DNA from: Eukaryota sp. TZLM1-RC
Lineage: Eukaryota; Protista; Metamonada: BaSk clade
Reading direction: 5' to 3'
Assembly (NCBI GenBank): GCA_040285825.1
Contig: JAUPSS010000013.1
Coordinates: 372,001-436,000 of the forward strand
DNA: 64,000 nucleotides
Shown here piece after piece: positions 1 to 12,924 of this stretch (its first letter is position 1; every line of letters begins with the position of its first letter). A model generated the notes under the pieces. It did not search any database and was not told the origin of the DNA. It worked only from the letters and a program-made list of their open reading frames with translations. A program made the position numbers and the translations under genes.

Positions 1-620
1 TTGACCAGATAATATTTGGTTGAAAAATTTGGTCATTAAACCAAGGCAATCTTCTGAAGAAATAATCGCGGCTTTTACATGATCAATAGTAATACCAGAA
101 AGTCCGGCAGACTTACCACGAGGTCTCTTTTGATAACCGAAAAAACTTCTGATGGCATCAATGGATAATTTTCCCAGTATGTGCCGTAAAAATTTTGATC
201 CATAACAGGGTCTTCATAAGGATGAAGTATTTTCAGTTTATCTACTGTATCTTCATTGTTCGGTGCTTTGACTCCGGGACTTAAAGCTGACAAAGCCTTG
301 GACCATTTGTTGTCAAAGCATTTGTCTTCAAAAATTTTACTTAATTTCTCGGATGACTGATTTCTCGGTGCTATATTGGTTAAATCTTCGGAAATATTAA
401 CGAAATTTTGTTCAAAAGGAGGACAAAAAGAACCAAAAAATTCCCAAATAATATTGATAGCATACTTTCCTTTACATAATTGATCCAAAAATCTTTGAAA
501 AACGAAAGCAAATTCATTGCATTTGGTCGGATGAATTTCTTGAGGTATTCTTATATTGAGCTTGAATTGTTATTATTATTTTTGTGGTGTTTTTGGGTTC
601 TATATATGTCAGTTAACTTG
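1..620 (-). mobile_element. CRE-like non-LTR retrotransposon family B, N-terminal region and start of RT, cut by window edge
   Basis: Bases 1-120 are nearly identical to 44604-44723 (RGKSAGLSGITIDHVKAA). ORF 75-488 has the pre-RT motif 'LKILHP'. One missing A in an A-run restores IKKRPRGKSAG. Confidence 0.85.
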
Positions 621-809
621 TTTTTTACCTTTAGTTATAGACTGAAACCAATCTGAGCAGAATTTGAAACTTTCATCCTATTGCATCTGAGTTTACTATG
701 TTGTGTAAGATTTGAGAACAACGTTTATTTGATAGTAATGGATGCAATGTGATATTCAATAATGTTTACTGGGATTAAATTAAACCAATTGTTTTTGTTG
801 TTAATTTTA

Positions 810-3720
810 AATTATTTATTTTCTACGAAGAATCAAATAAAAACAAAACAAACTAAAACACATAAGAAACTAAATTCTCCACGCCAACTCTTGATAAATC
901 CTTATAAAGTTTGGACATCATTAAACTCAAGTACTTGGGAACACTTCTGTACAAAGCGAAAACGATACGATTTTTCCATAAATTCTCTGCAATATTCTTA
1001 CCACTTGAACGACATAAATTACCAAAACCATTGATGAAATTCAAGGCGGATTGTCGAATGTTGCCAAAAATCGAAAAGGCAAAAAGAACAAACGAAAACT
1101 ACGAATAAAGGTTCTTATTTAAATCATTTAATATCTCAGTATATTTATCTCTCTTACGATCTTCAGCCTTGTTTAAATGACCATTAGTACTAAGTAAAAC
1201 ATCATCGCGATAAACAAAAGCAAAGGGATTAACTGTAATGAAATCAACAAGAACTTGAGAGGAATCCACAAAAGGAGCAATTAAATCACCTCGACGTGAA
1301 TTAAACAGATTATCATCACTATAATGCTTCAACAAAGGTTCTACTTTGCAACTAAAATTGTAACACTTGAACATCTCATATGTCACATCACGAACGGCAT
1401 TATGAAGAACTGACCTATATTGGAGAAATTTTTTACAGCTCACAATATGACGGAAATTGGCAGTAGGTTTTTTGTTACAAATACAAACAGAATTATCCAA
1501 AAGACCACTTGGATACAGCCCCAATCTCAACCGCATGTTTTGTTTCCATGCTTCATTTGTTAAGTGAAGACCAAATGGCCTTGATTGCTGAGATATTAAA
1601 CTACTACAGTTCTGGATGTCTGATAAAAAGGCAGCAAAGACGGGATTATTAATCTTAGTCACACTAAGTCGTTTAGAAAAATCCAGGTCTTCAAAACCAT
1701 TAAGAACAGACTTCTGTAATTCCACAACAGCAAGATGAAGATTGGTGAAAGATCTCGAAGGCACAGCAGGCAAACTTGAAGGAAAATTCCTATTCCAAAC
1801 ATCAACAGGTAGTTCTTGCACCATTTTTTCAAGAGAAATTAATAAAGGATGTGATTCATTCAAAGGAATATGATCAAAACGAAGTTTCCATTCAAAAAGA
1901 AAATTTTTCATACCACCAATAAAAGCACTTTTGCATAAATACTCTGCTTTTGAAAAATCAACTCCACCAAATTTAGGACTAAAAAATGCATGATAAGGAA
2001 TTTTAGATGGACAAACTTCTACTAAATTTCCTAAGAAATTTGTTCTCAAAGTATTGAATTGACGTGCAAAATCATGAGAAATTGTGGGAGATAAAGAACG
2101 AAGAAGATGATTAATTTTTGATCCAAAACACACATTTAGGACCGAAAACGCTAAATGTTTGTCAATTTTTAGATCTAGAATAACCAAAAGTTGCTCTTCG
2201 ATCTTTTCCAAAATACCTGACAAAATCGATTTAACTTTTTCACAATTTCCAAAATAAGATCCAAGAAACCGAATAGCATCTTCCTCGTAATCAACGTATT
2301 TGATAAAAGTTTCATTAAATGCCACCTCCCCATGCTGATTACCAATAATGAAACACTTGGGCAATTTAATGTCTAAACCTATTTGTTTGGCCAGAAAAAC
2401 AAAATGTTGTAAACCGTGTTGTAAAAGAGACAAAGGGCCAATAAGTGATAAATCATCTGCATAAGCACATATATGAATGTCAGGAAAATCCGACTTAAAT
2501 TTTACCAACACTGATTGCAGTGCTAAGCAAAAGAAAAATGGACCCAATGGATCCCCTTGTTTGACCCCTCTTGACGAAACAATATTCTCAGAATGAAAAA
2601 TTAAGTTAGAGGGTGATCCATACATCAATTTAAAATACGGCAAAAGTGGAGGATAGTGTAGTTCAAGTTCTTGCAAAATACTGGAGCGAAAAACCGAGTT
2701 GAAAGCATTTTTAAAATCAATGTTCAATAAATAATTTTCGCCTTTTTGATTGAAAAGTAAATCTGTACACAACGCAGCACATGTTGTGCCATCAGGAATT
2801 CCGATAGCAAACTGATAAGGACGGAAAAAATTAATTGCGGATGACTTAACTCTTTTAAAAAAAATTGCTAATAATCTCGTTATGGACTCACCAACAGCAA
2901 TAGGTCTGACACCACCTCCAGGCTTATTTAAAGCAACTAAACGAGATGCCATTAACGCTTGTGGTAACTTGAAACGTCCCATGATGACACTTTTAAAATA
3001 GAAAACTAAATCATCCACGATTTCTGGACATATGTTGACTGCCGACTTCAAATGATCATAACTAAGTCCAGAAGGCCCAGCAGAACGACCAGACGGAAGT
3101 CCTTTAATAGCTACACTAACTTCATCACAAGTGATAGGATTAGCAGTGAAAAAAACACGTTCATTATCAGAGACAATGTGATTTATGGTGAAGTCTTCAG
3201 CTGAGTGAAGAGAATTTAAAGAATCCAAAGTTTCATCATTGAAGGCAGCAGGAGAAGAACCAGCCAATAATTTAAGAGCTGAACAGTATTGTGAACGAAG
3301 AATCAAAGACTCAAAACGTTTTTTGACATTTTTAGATTGTTGAACCGACCTCTTATATTTAGATTTCTTGTGTGAAGACATAGCCTTAGAAAGAAAAAAT
3401 TTCCAAAAAATCGAAGGATTCCAAATGCCCTTTTGAAGAGAGAAGGTTAAAGATCGAATAACTGTTGCAAGAGAAGACGAGTGAGCAGGAGAAACGAATT
3501 GAGGGATTGCAAACGGAGGTCTACAAGGATCAATTGGCGTGCAAGAATCACAAACCAAAAGAGGTCGACCCGAAACATTGAATCCAGAAACTGGAGAATA
3601 ACAGAACAAACAAGATTTTGTGTTACTACTGACTTTGACTTGATTTTGTTTTTTATTTTGTTTAATTGACCAATAAATTAATCTTCCTACATCAATCAAA
3701 AGAAAAAACTTTTTTCCTCA
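810..3720 (-). mobile_element. CRE-like non-LTR retrotransposon family A (C4 zinc, RT, zinc knuckle, restriction-like endonuclease), near full length with one nonsense codon
   Basis: ORF 1099-3699 has CLFC..CDSC, RPIAVGE, GVKQGDPLGP, YADD, CICNKKPTANFRHIVSC, RRGDLI..VDF and KRDKY. TAG at 1099-1101 corresponds to AAG in the copy at 31580-32452, and the frame continues to 853. Confidence 0.92.
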
Positions 3721-3835
3721 ATAATTTATCAAAAAACGCAAAAAATTTGACTTAATTCCTTTGATTTAATATCATTAATTCGCATTCAATGAACAAATAC
3801 AATTCATCAAAATTAAATTAAACTATTCTTTTAAC

Positions 3836-4968
3836 CTAGTCCCACAACTCTTCTAATCCCTTCAAAACAATGGCTCTTACATCATCTCCAAGATCATCAA
3901 GCCAGGGCGGCGATGGAGCTCTGAAATCAAATTGCTTACCACTATATCGGATTGCATGGAGATAAATCTCCATGAACCGTGGATCAGAAGCGTCGTAGCC
4001 AAGGTTCAAGCTATCATTATAGAGTAGATCATTGGCAATGGGATGTCCAAGAAACTTGAGATGAATTCTGATCTGGTGACATCTACCAGTAATGGGCTGA
4101 CAGGCAACAATTGACTTTTTGTCATTAGTCCATAATCTAGTCATGACAGTCTTTGCAGTCTGTCCTTCCCCCTCTCCCTCTTCTATGCCCTTTCGTTGAA
4201 ATAAAGGAGGTGGACCAGGTTCAGAGATGAGTGCCGTACAAGTAGTTTCGTCAGCTGGGAAGCACCCATCAACCAGTGCAATGTAAGTCTTACTCAGGGA
4301 GTTGCTGATCAACAGTTCACGGAAAACATTGGCTCCTTCCTTCTTTTTAGCGTAAATCAGCACACCAGAAGTCACTCTGTCCAAGCTGAAGTGAGAAGTG
4401 CATGGAGATAGCCATACCGATGAGCCAAGCGAAGTCCTTTCTGACATAGTACATGTTGCAAGATTTTTTCTAAAGTATTAAAGTTAAATCTACCCCCTGT
4501 TGTTAGTACACATAGAAACAAAAACACACCTGGATGACAAGGAAGAGAAGAAGGTTTATTTATAGCAACAAACTGATCAGTTTCGCCAATTACAACAGGT
4601 AATTGGTCTAGAACAGGCTCTTCTAGTCGTAATGTTCTATGTCGAATAACATCTACACCACCCCTATCATTGATGACGTGGCAAGGTTGTTTTGTTTCAC
4701 CATTAACAGTAACAAAACCTTGTTTAATGCGATTTTCCCAATAACCAGGTTCTCTGTTGAAGAATTGTTCCTCCATTACTTCAATGAGCGGCCTATTTAG
4801 CCACCGGAGTTTAGCATTGGCTCTGTATGAGAAATAGTACGGACGTACCCATCTCAGACCTTTATGTAAATGATACTCTGGCTTGGAGTTTTCAGGAAGA
4901 GGTTCTAAGTCACAAACTGGACAATCAGGAAAAAAAGGATTTGACACAGTTTCTTCATTAGAGAGCAT
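3836..4968 (-). CDS. RluA-family RNA pseudouridine synthase (RPUSD2/Pus9-like, S4 domain), 2 introns
   Basis: Removing introns 4497-4529 and 4386-4417 gives INKPSSLPCHPGGRF...LAHRLDRVTSG (catalytic HRLD), KTYIALV, PITGRCHQIRIHL and GHPIANDLLY. ATG at 4968. Confidence 0.93.
4386..4417 (-). other. 32-nt spliceosomal intron
   Basis: GTATGG...TTCTCAC-TTCAG; removal joins two ORFs and restores HRLDRVTSG. Confidence 0.92.
4497..4529 (-). other. 33-nt spliceosomal intron
   Basis: GTGTGT...TACTAAC-AACAG; removal restores the conserved HPGGRF. Confidence 0.85.
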
Positions 4969-5209
4969 GTAGACAGAATCAAAGACTAGAGATATAGATA
5001 TAGAAAGATAAAGCAATGATGAAAGAGTGTGGGAATTATTTAACAAAATTATCTTCAGCAGCAGGTATGAAGAAGAACGCTTTTTGACTCTTTAGCGGTC
5101 CTTTTGAATGATTGCTGGTCATTGTGTTAATGATTGTGTCTGAATTAGAATTTACTAGGGAGAAATAGAATTAATGGAATAAACATTGTATTGATTTATC
5201 ACAAAAGAA

Positions 5210-5410
5210 AAGAAAAGATTTGATATCTTTTTGTGGCGCTCTCGAATTCAATTTGCCATTATTAGTGGATTACCTCAATATTTCAATCGAATTAGAGAAG
5301 CTTTAGCTAGACAGCAAGCAGATCAAGATTTTCTAGATGAAATCTTGGTTCAATGAATTTCGTCCCATTAGTTATGATTTTATTTTGTTAAGTGTGCAAG
5401 TTCAATAAAT
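5210..5410 (+). mobile_element. CRE family B 3'-terminal fragment
   Basis: Matches 13905-14104 (RFDIFLWRSR...ALARQQA) and ends in TTCAATAAAT. Confidence 0.85.
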
Positions 5411-5649
5411 TAAGAAATGTAGAATCATGTTGGTAAGATTCATTGGATTATGATTTCTATGGTAAGGTACATCTGGAAAACAAAATTAGTGAAGTCTCTA
5501 GAAAGAGAAGGGGTTTTATCACCAACTAAAGTCCGTCAACACAATGTGCAAACTCTTCCTTATGCAATTGCTTATGGAGCGTTTATATCCAACCATTTTC
5601 AATTTTCAGTTGCCAATTTCCATTTCAATTTTACGATTGCCAGTATCTT

Positions 5650-5842
5650 TTACAGTATAGAACATGCGTGTCCCAAAACAAAGCAACTAGATGCAACTCT
5701 CTCATAGTGAAATTCAAGAGAAAGCAAAGCATCAGAAACCATTTTCAACATCCCCTTAAAAATGAAAAACACAATTCTATTTTGCCAAAACAATCTGTTG
5801 AAATTTCTGTTAGTTTTTCTCTTTACAACCATTTCAAAATCT
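5650..5842 (-). mobile_element. CRE family D 3' fragment
   Basis: RNFNRLFWQNRIVF..FKGMLKMVSDALLSL, as at 47220-47420. Confidence 0.85.
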
Positions 5843-5888
5843 GACGGTTGTTGATCTTCTCAACTTTGTCATATAGGGTTCAACTACT

Positions 5889-7646
5889 ATGTTTGATAGG
5901 CATAACCATGGTGTGTTGAGTCTTAAAGAACTTGAACGCATTCTGCATAGTCTTGGTGTTACAATATCATCGTGTCGTCTTATTACATACATTCAGAATA
6001 CAGAACCCATCACCAAGAACGACGGTTGGACATGGACTGACCTTGAATCTCTTCTGTCCAACAAGATCTTTCACACTTTTCTTGATGGAGTCAATGTCTA
6101 CACCTTCCGCTACAACATATCTTGCATCCGTTCTTGTATAACTCTTCTCTCCAAGTGTTCTCATTCTTATGCAGATATTTCAAACCTACGTCTTGGATTC
6201 GAAGCAAATGCTCTGGATACAGGACTTCCTTCTACCTTGGAAGTTATACTCCATTCGTTGCGGTTGGCAAATAGAATCATATCACCCCTCCAAATTGAAA
6301 ATTTCCTCACAGAGAGAGAAGATAAAAAGAAATCAGAACCATTGACTTTGTTTGACTTTCTTGATCTTTCTGGTCATTCTATTCCCCTAAATGAAGCTGA
6401 ACGACGGTTTGAAAATAAGACAATACGCGATCAACCAATCAATAATGATATGATTGTGAGTGATGACGTGGCTCGGTCAAAAATAGAGAAAATTTTGGAC
6501 TTTTTAGACTCGGAATATAAACGGTTCTTAGCAGAACAATCAAAACTTAATCAGCCCCAATCAACTTCCGTTCCAGAACCAGACATTTATGACCATCAAC
6601 AGGAAACTGCCGGTCGACGGTTATTTTCGTCATTACGATTGCACTCTGAAATCAGTCAAGTAAAGTCAAAGCAATCAAAATTATTAAAAACTGCTAGAGC
6701 AGGAATCCTTCCTAAATCAATCAATCAAGTTTTGGACCGGGTCAACCAAAGTCAACAAGACCACACGTCACCACCTTCCTCTCTTATCCCACCTTCCCCA
6801 TGCTCTTCTACCTCTTCCTTCAGCAAAGTTGTTCCTTCACAACCCCCAGTACCTCAGGAATTTAGTTTTAAGCCCATCGAGTCCTTTGAGACCAAGCAAC
6901 AATGGATGGAGCACTTGGACAGGACTCACACAGCTAGGGAAAGAGCAAGGAAAGAGAGGTTGAAAATGGATGGCAGGATCAAGAAAGCATTGGTTCGAGA
7001 GCATCTAGCAGAGGTGAAGAAAGAAAAAGATGAAGAAAAAATCAAAAGTAGGACGTTTAAACCATGTGTTTTGGCGGCCAGAAGGGTTCAAAGTAGGTCA
7101 CAATCATTTTCGCAATCAGTGAATCAAAATGATTGGAATGTTCCGAGGTTGGACTTGAGTTGCTTGAGGGGGACATTTGATCACGAAATATTGACCCCTG
7201 GGCTCAAAAATTCAGTGGAAACGCTCAGAAATAGAACGACAGTCAAGGAAATTCAATCCGCTAGAGAAGAACAGTCATTTTTGACCGACTTTTCTCAAAC
7301 TCAGCGAAAGTTCGTGGATTCATTAGGATTAACGTCACGACGACCTCACACGTCATCAGGTCAAAGTTTGATGACATCATCTCAGAATTCCAAAAATCCA
7401 CCGCAATCTGCACCTCCATTTAAAAGAAGAATGAAAAGTAAGAGTTCAAGGCCAAAATTTGGTGAAAAATTCGGCTTGTCAGAATTTGAACAAACGAATT
7501 TTCTACCAAGTGTGTATGGTAAATCATTAAACATTAGAAAATCAAATGAAATCAATTCTTTCAAAAAGGAAAACTCCCTAGAATCTGGTATTAGTCAACT
7601 ATTACCCTCTAAATTAAGTGCACGGTTAACCCATTGCATAGACTAG
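5889..7646 (+). CDS. Hypothetical protein, EF-hand-like N-terminus, coiled-coil and Ser/Pro-rich regions
   Basis: 585-aa stop-free ORF. FDRHNHGVLSLKELERILHSLG resembles an EF-hand loop and helix. The true start may lie upstream, next to the CRE fragment. Confidence 0.8.
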   Translation: MFDRHNHGVLSLKELERILHSLGVTISSCRLITYIQNTEPITKNDGWTWTDLESLLSNKIFHTFLDGVNVYTFRYNISCIRSCITLLSKCSHSYADISNLRLGFEANALDTGLPSTLEVILHSLRLANRIISPLQIENFLTEREDKKKSEPLTLFDFLDLSGHSIPLNEAERRFENKTIRDQPINNDMIVSDDVARSKIEKILDFLDSEYKRFLAEQSKLNQPQSTSVPEPDIYDHQQETAGRRLFSSLRLHSEISQVKSKQSKLLKTARAGILPKSINQVLDRVNQSQQDHTSPPSSLIPPSPCSSTSSFSKVVPSQPPVPQEFSFKPIESFETKQQWMEHLDRTHTARERARKERLKMDGRIKKALVREHLAEVKKEKDEEKIKSRTFKPCVLAARRVQSRSQSFSQSVNQNDWNVPRLDLSCLRGTFDHEILTPGLKNSVETLRNRTTVKEIQSAREEQSFLTDFSQTQRKFVDSLGLTSRRPHTSSGQSLMTSSQNSKNPPQSAPPFKRRMKSKSSRPKFGEKFGLSEFEQTNFLPSVYGKSLNIRKSNEINSFKKENSLESGISQLLPSKLSARLTHCID

Positions 7647-7899
7647 GTGTCATTTTCTTGGATTCTTGCTTTGTTATGCTTGATAGTTCTTATTTTTTTA
7701 TTTATTTTTTATTTAACTTGTTAACTGTATTATATTCATTTGTGTATTTATTCTTTTGTATGAATGTTGGTAAATATTCATAACTTTTTGGTTTTCTTTT
7801 TGAATGACAAACAATTTATATATTGATTTATTTATAATTTTAATTTTAACTAACTTTTTATATTGTATTTTTTGTATTTATTTGGGAAGGAAATAAAAC

Positions 7900-8165
7900 A
7901 CTTTCAACAACAACTATTTGTTTCCTCAATGTAGAGGAATCTCCACTTACATTGTGAAACACTCTTTGAGCGAGAGCAAGTTTAACAACCTCAACCATTT
8001 TTCCTTTGTCAAGACTGAAGACAATTCGATTGGTCCTGAACTTTGACCTATATGAAGGGTATTTTTTAATGATAAAATGATTAAATTCATCCAACAACAA
8101 GGGCGCCTCAGGTTCTAATGGTCCATTGAAAGAAATTGCAAAACCATTGAATTTTTCGTTTAGAT
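7900..8165 (-). mobile_element. CRE-like 3' fragment of a further family (G)
   Basis: Translates to FNGFAISFNGPLEPEAPLLLDEF...NRIVFSL, the C-terminal RLE tail pattern (F.S..G.L..EA..LD.F). Confidence 0.6.
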
Positions 8166-8334
8166 TTAAGAAACTTATTTATTTTGATTTAAGGATTAAA
8201 ATGATTGTGATTAATCAATTCGTGACGACCTAAAATTTTCTTCACTTCTTGATGTCCACAGTTTGTATTATTTGTTAGGTCAACTGTTTATTAGGCAACA
8301 TTCATGGTGTCCCGTGACACGTGGCAATATCTCA

Positions 8335-8625
8335 ATATGAATATCATAAAATTTCACTACTTGGGAACACCTCTGTACAAAGCGAAAATGATACAATTCT
8401 TCCATAAATTCATTGAAAAATTTTCCACATGGACGACATAAATTATCAAAATCGTTAATAAAATTCAAGGCAGACTGTCCAATGTTGCCAAAAATCAAAA
8501 AGGCAAAAGGAACAAACGAAAACTTCGAGTAAAGATTCTTATTTAAATCATCTAATATTTCAGTTTATTTGTCTCGTTTACGAACCTCATTTCTAACCAT
8601 TAGAACTGACTAGAACATCATCACG
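8335..8625 (-). mobile_element. CRE family A 3' fragment (decayed)
   Basis: IFGNIGQSALNFINDF matches 31580-32452. Confidence 0.85.
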
Positions 8626-8679
8626 ACACTTGATTATTTTCATTTTTTAAATAAATTCAAAAGCAATTTCTTTTATTCA

Positions 8680-9585
8680 ACAACAAATATGAAAACATAA
8701 AACACACAATTAAAACTCCACATCCTGCCTCCCCTACATCTAAACAATTAATTGCCAAAGATTCAGAAATTTCCAAAAGAAGAGAGTGAATTAAAAATTA
8801 ATTTCACCATTTCCTTGAAAATAGAAAATAGAATCCTGCTTTGCCAGTAAACACAATTGAAAGTGCCTCAAATTCTTTCCTTAATAACCACAACAAAATC
8901 CTCAAGGAAAGCAAGAGCAGCCTTACCAAGAGATCCAAGTCAGGAAAATACAAAGGGACATAAATTATATTGGGCATGGGAAATTTCATTAATCGAGGAA
9001 ATAGGTTTCGCAATTTAACAATTTTATATTTTTCGCCTGCAAGAAGAGGATCATTTACATCCGAGTTAATGAGATGTTCGTTAGAGGAATTACAAGGGTC
9101 AATAGACATGGCGTCTAAAAATGTAACTACCATTTAAACTGGAAACAACTAGATCACCTCTTTTCAGACCTATTGAAGCTCTGTTGTAACGTGTACTATC
9201 AATATTGGAATCATAACAGCGGTTCAAAAAAGGAATCTACTCGATATGATTTGCACACTACATAAATTTGGTCCCTGACATAATTATGCACTTTGCTCTT
9301 AACGCAATGAAATGTTTACAATTCAAAAAATGAGTAAACAAGAGAAGTTTACCACATTTACAAGTTGAATGATTGGGCAAATTGTTTGGCCACAGAAAAC
9401 AACGAAAACGCATGTTTAGAAGCCATTCATTGGTTTTTCACAAAGGTTCATAAACAGAGCGAATTTGAGTTACTTAAACAGCACCAGAGCTATCACGAAT
9501 ATCCTTTAAAAAATTACCGAAAGCGAGTTTTTTAGCTTTGGCCAAGCTAAGTCTTGCTTCATAATCTAAGCCTTCATATAATTTA
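8680..9585 (-). mobile_element. CRE family C 3' fragment (decayed)
   Basis: IDPCNSSNEHLINSDVND..AGEKYK matches 40039-40940. Confidence 0.88.
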
Positions 9586-9953
9586 ATTCATTTTTAGATA
9601 AATTTGTTATTCTTTTCCTAGATCATTAAGATGTTTACTGCGATCTACACTATGACACGAAACATCATTTAAAATGTTGGTTATTCGTGGGTTATTCTTG
9701 TCACAAAACATACTTGTGTAAAACAGTCTTGATTTGTGAGTTAACATTACCTATGGACATATTGGATTGAATTGACTAATAAAGGATACGAAATATCAGA
9801 GGATCATTTGTCATCATTTTGAAATAAAAATTTCTCATATCAAGTTGCATTGTTTGAAGCACCGTTTAATCACAAAGAGTTTATCGAACAAAAAATATTT
9901 ACAGTTGTTATTTGAGAAAAAAGCAGTTCAAAGCAGGATTCAATCATGCTCAA

Positions 9954-10431
9954 CTACCAACGCATTTCCAAATATTTGTTGCTAAATCCTACTGATTGAT
10001 ACAGGAATCTTGCAGGATTGTCAGGTTCCACATGTAGGGCGAGGGCTCCTTTGACTTGCTTTTTGGTTTCTGTAAGTAGATATTTACCAATACCTTTGGT
10101 TAAAAAATGATGAACTCATACCTTGGCCACGGGTTGAAGCTTTCACAGCAATGTAAACGAGAATGTTTTCAGGAATATAACCCTTGAAGTTGGTTTCATT
10201 CACAACGACAACACCAAGAATTTCCTTCTTACGATGAGCGACTAGACATACACCGCCAAAACCTGGCTTGTCAGAGAAGGCATAATCCAGGCACTTATGG
10301 ATGTCCTCTAAAGGATCTCCAAAACGTTCCAGACTCACAAAGAGAAACTGGGCAATTTCGTCTTTTGTGAAGAGAGAATCCTTGTAATTAGAAGGTGACA
10401 GTACCTCAAGTTGAACAGATGGTGCGGGCAT
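9954..10431 (-). CDS. GNAT-family N-acetyltransferase of bacterial type, one 28-nt intron (10094-10121)
   Basis: Spliced product reads ...GYIPENILVYIAVKASTRGQGIGKYLL...LALHVEPDNPARFLYQSVGFSNKYLEMRW*. The acetyl-CoA motif RGQGIG is restored by removing GTATGA...TTTTAAC-CAAAG. Confidence 0.92.
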
Positions 10432-10953
10432 AATGGCAAAAATTCAGTGACAGGTGGAGAGAAAAATAATGGAGTATGGGAAAAGTGCAGCTTTTGAGGT
10501 AAAAATGATTGTTTCATAAATTGTGATTGTTTTGTAAACGTCATCTTTGCCAATATTAAACTATACAATTAAAGCACAAACTGACATGTGCAGTTCCCCT
10601 GTGTTGTTTGTGTATTTTCTAGACTAAAAGTATATTGATGGGGTCATTGATATAAAATAAAACAAACCTCCTTCTACCTCGATGATGTTTCAACACATCT
10701 GTCTTTTATGTACCACTCTTCCATTAAGTCAGCATCTGTTTAACCCCTTACATCGATCAGAAACTGCACTTGGAACAATAGATTTGGAATTTGTGATTGT
10801 TTATTACCTATTGAGAAATGTAGATTCACAAGATAACGCATTCATAATACGGACTGCAACTGGGAACTAACAAATGAGAATCTTCAGGATATCTTTTAGG
10901 AAACATTAAAATACTGGTTGATTTTCCGAAAGTTCAACTTCATTCAGTCTAGC

Positions 10954-11096
10954 TGTTGGCTTCGGTGCACGGACGTTCATAAATAAATTAAACAAAAAGT
11001 TTATAAACCAGAATAAGAGGAAATCAATTATAAAATAACAAGAACAGAATTTAACCTATTGATGACGTGATGTCTCACGTGATACTTTCCTAAACA
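10954..11096. mobile_element. Possible solo LTR
   Basis: TGTTGG...AAACA, 143 bp, loosely similar to the LTR-like segment at 34564-34687 (TGTTGG....GTGCACGG). No TSD seen. Confidence 0.35.
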
Positions 11097-11108
11097 AGAA
11101 GATATCAT

Positions 11109-12877
11109 TTAGCCTTGGTTAACATAGCTAACCTTTCTGTTCGCAAAGGGTATTTTAAATTGGCACAAAACTTTTTTTTCAGGTTTATTGTCTACACTGA
11201 TCGAGAAAATGATTTTATCTCACTTGTTAATTAAGCTTGTTGAGACATCCCAATTATCCAGCGGAACAATTACAACAAATTTTAAGAATTATTTATTATT
11301 ATTTGCTATTTTATTATTTCTGTTTCTTGAAAAGTCCAAAACTATATAGAAATGAGGAGTACTAACTTAATTTATTTTTAAAGAATTTTGAAAAATGATA
11401 TTTGAATTTTTTCATCACTTTTTGCAGTTCATTTGTTTAATCGTAAACTTGTCTTCTGTATGGTTTCTCCAAATGTGGATAAATTACAATTATTTATTGA
11501 AAAAAATTTACAGCAGAAATTGTTCTTTCAGTTTGTCTTTCACCAAGGAGAAAAAAACATCATCAACAATCACTTCTTGGTTTGGCAGCTCATCAAAATG
11601 ATTGATTGAGGTTGATTGATTGAGCTTTACTTCTGAAATGTTGTCTCCTGTAATATTTGAAATTTCTGGTATATTTTCAAGTTTGTATAAATAAAAGTTT
11701 TTTTCGTGGATAATAACGAAAGTGTTGCTCAAGAACAAAACCTCTGAATTCTGACTAAAATCCACATCAAGCTTGCAAATAAATGCATTTGACTTAACAC
11801 AGAAAACCTTACTATTAATTATCAAAAAAACTTGAAAAAAATAAAAAAAGTCTCAAAATTTGCAAATTTGGTTATATAACTGGAAGATATTTTGGAAATT
11901 TTGGTATCATCTAATTGTGTTAATGCCAAATTTTCGAGAATGAGCTCATTTTGATCCTTTCTAGTGATAAAAATTTACTTTCCACTCTAAATATTTGGTC
12001 AATATTTGATTGATTGATGTAACCGTAACTAAAATTTGAAATATTCAACAAGTAAATCTCACTAGGAGAATTGCAAAAAGATAAAAATATATGAAGTTCT
12101 GAATTATATTCAAATTCACCTATTATTGATTTAAATTTAAACAAAAGATTATGTGTTGTTTGAGAAATAAATTTGAATTCCGGGTCAAACTTCAGTTGAT
12201 AAACCTCGGTTGAATTATAACAAAACAAATAGAAATAAAATTCATTATTTTTTAAAATTTTGACATCAGTAACTGAAAAGAGATCAAAAGAGCTCAGAAA
12301 TTCACATGACTTTTTTGTCTATTAATGTGACACGATTTTTTTGGTTGAGGACAATGATGGAATTATTGGTGAGAATTAGATAGAAACCAAAACAACAAAA
12401 ATCAAAAACTTGAATAATTTCTAAATTTTTTAACTCTTTTAAATCTACACGATTAATTACCCCATCATTAATTTTAGACAAAAAAGTGTTATTTTTGACA
12501 ATAATTGAAATCAAATCAGGAAAAACTTTGATTAAAGGAATCTCTGAACAATTGAATTCTGCGAAAGACAGTTCTTCAAAATTAGAAGAATAGCAAATAA
12601 GCTTGGTAGAAGTTACCACTAGCAACCATGAACCCACAGCACAAGATGTAACATAATCTTCAGGAAGATCATGAATGGAAAAGGGGTCTAGGGATGGTAA
12701 AGGAGCGGGAGGAGGTGACTGTGGGGGTGTAGGGAGATTGAGAGGAGGAAAGTCTGGGAGATCACAATTGATTGTCTCATCCAGTGGTGGTGGTTGAGGT
12801 TTTTTATGTGTAAGAGGCTCGGGAAGAGTGAGATAGTGGTAGCCGGAGAGCGAAGAGTAGAAGATCTCTCGTGACAT
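11109..12877 (-). CDS. Hypothetical protein with Pro-rich N-terminus, broken by probable homopolymer frameshifts
   Basis: ORFs 12302-12901, 11920-12228 and 11508-11825 appear to be one gene. At the first junction, removing one A from an A-run gives DKKSCEFL...FYLFCYN. Likely stop TAA at 11109-11111; ATG at 12877. Confidence 0.6.
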
Positions 12878-12924
12878 TGTCCAAGGAATGGAGAAATCCA
12901 AAAATGTTATCCAACGCTAACCTA

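Noticed and set aside
5036-5122. 28-codon upstream ORF before the pseudouridine synthase
   Set aside because: Too short, with no splice signal matching the local intron consensus.
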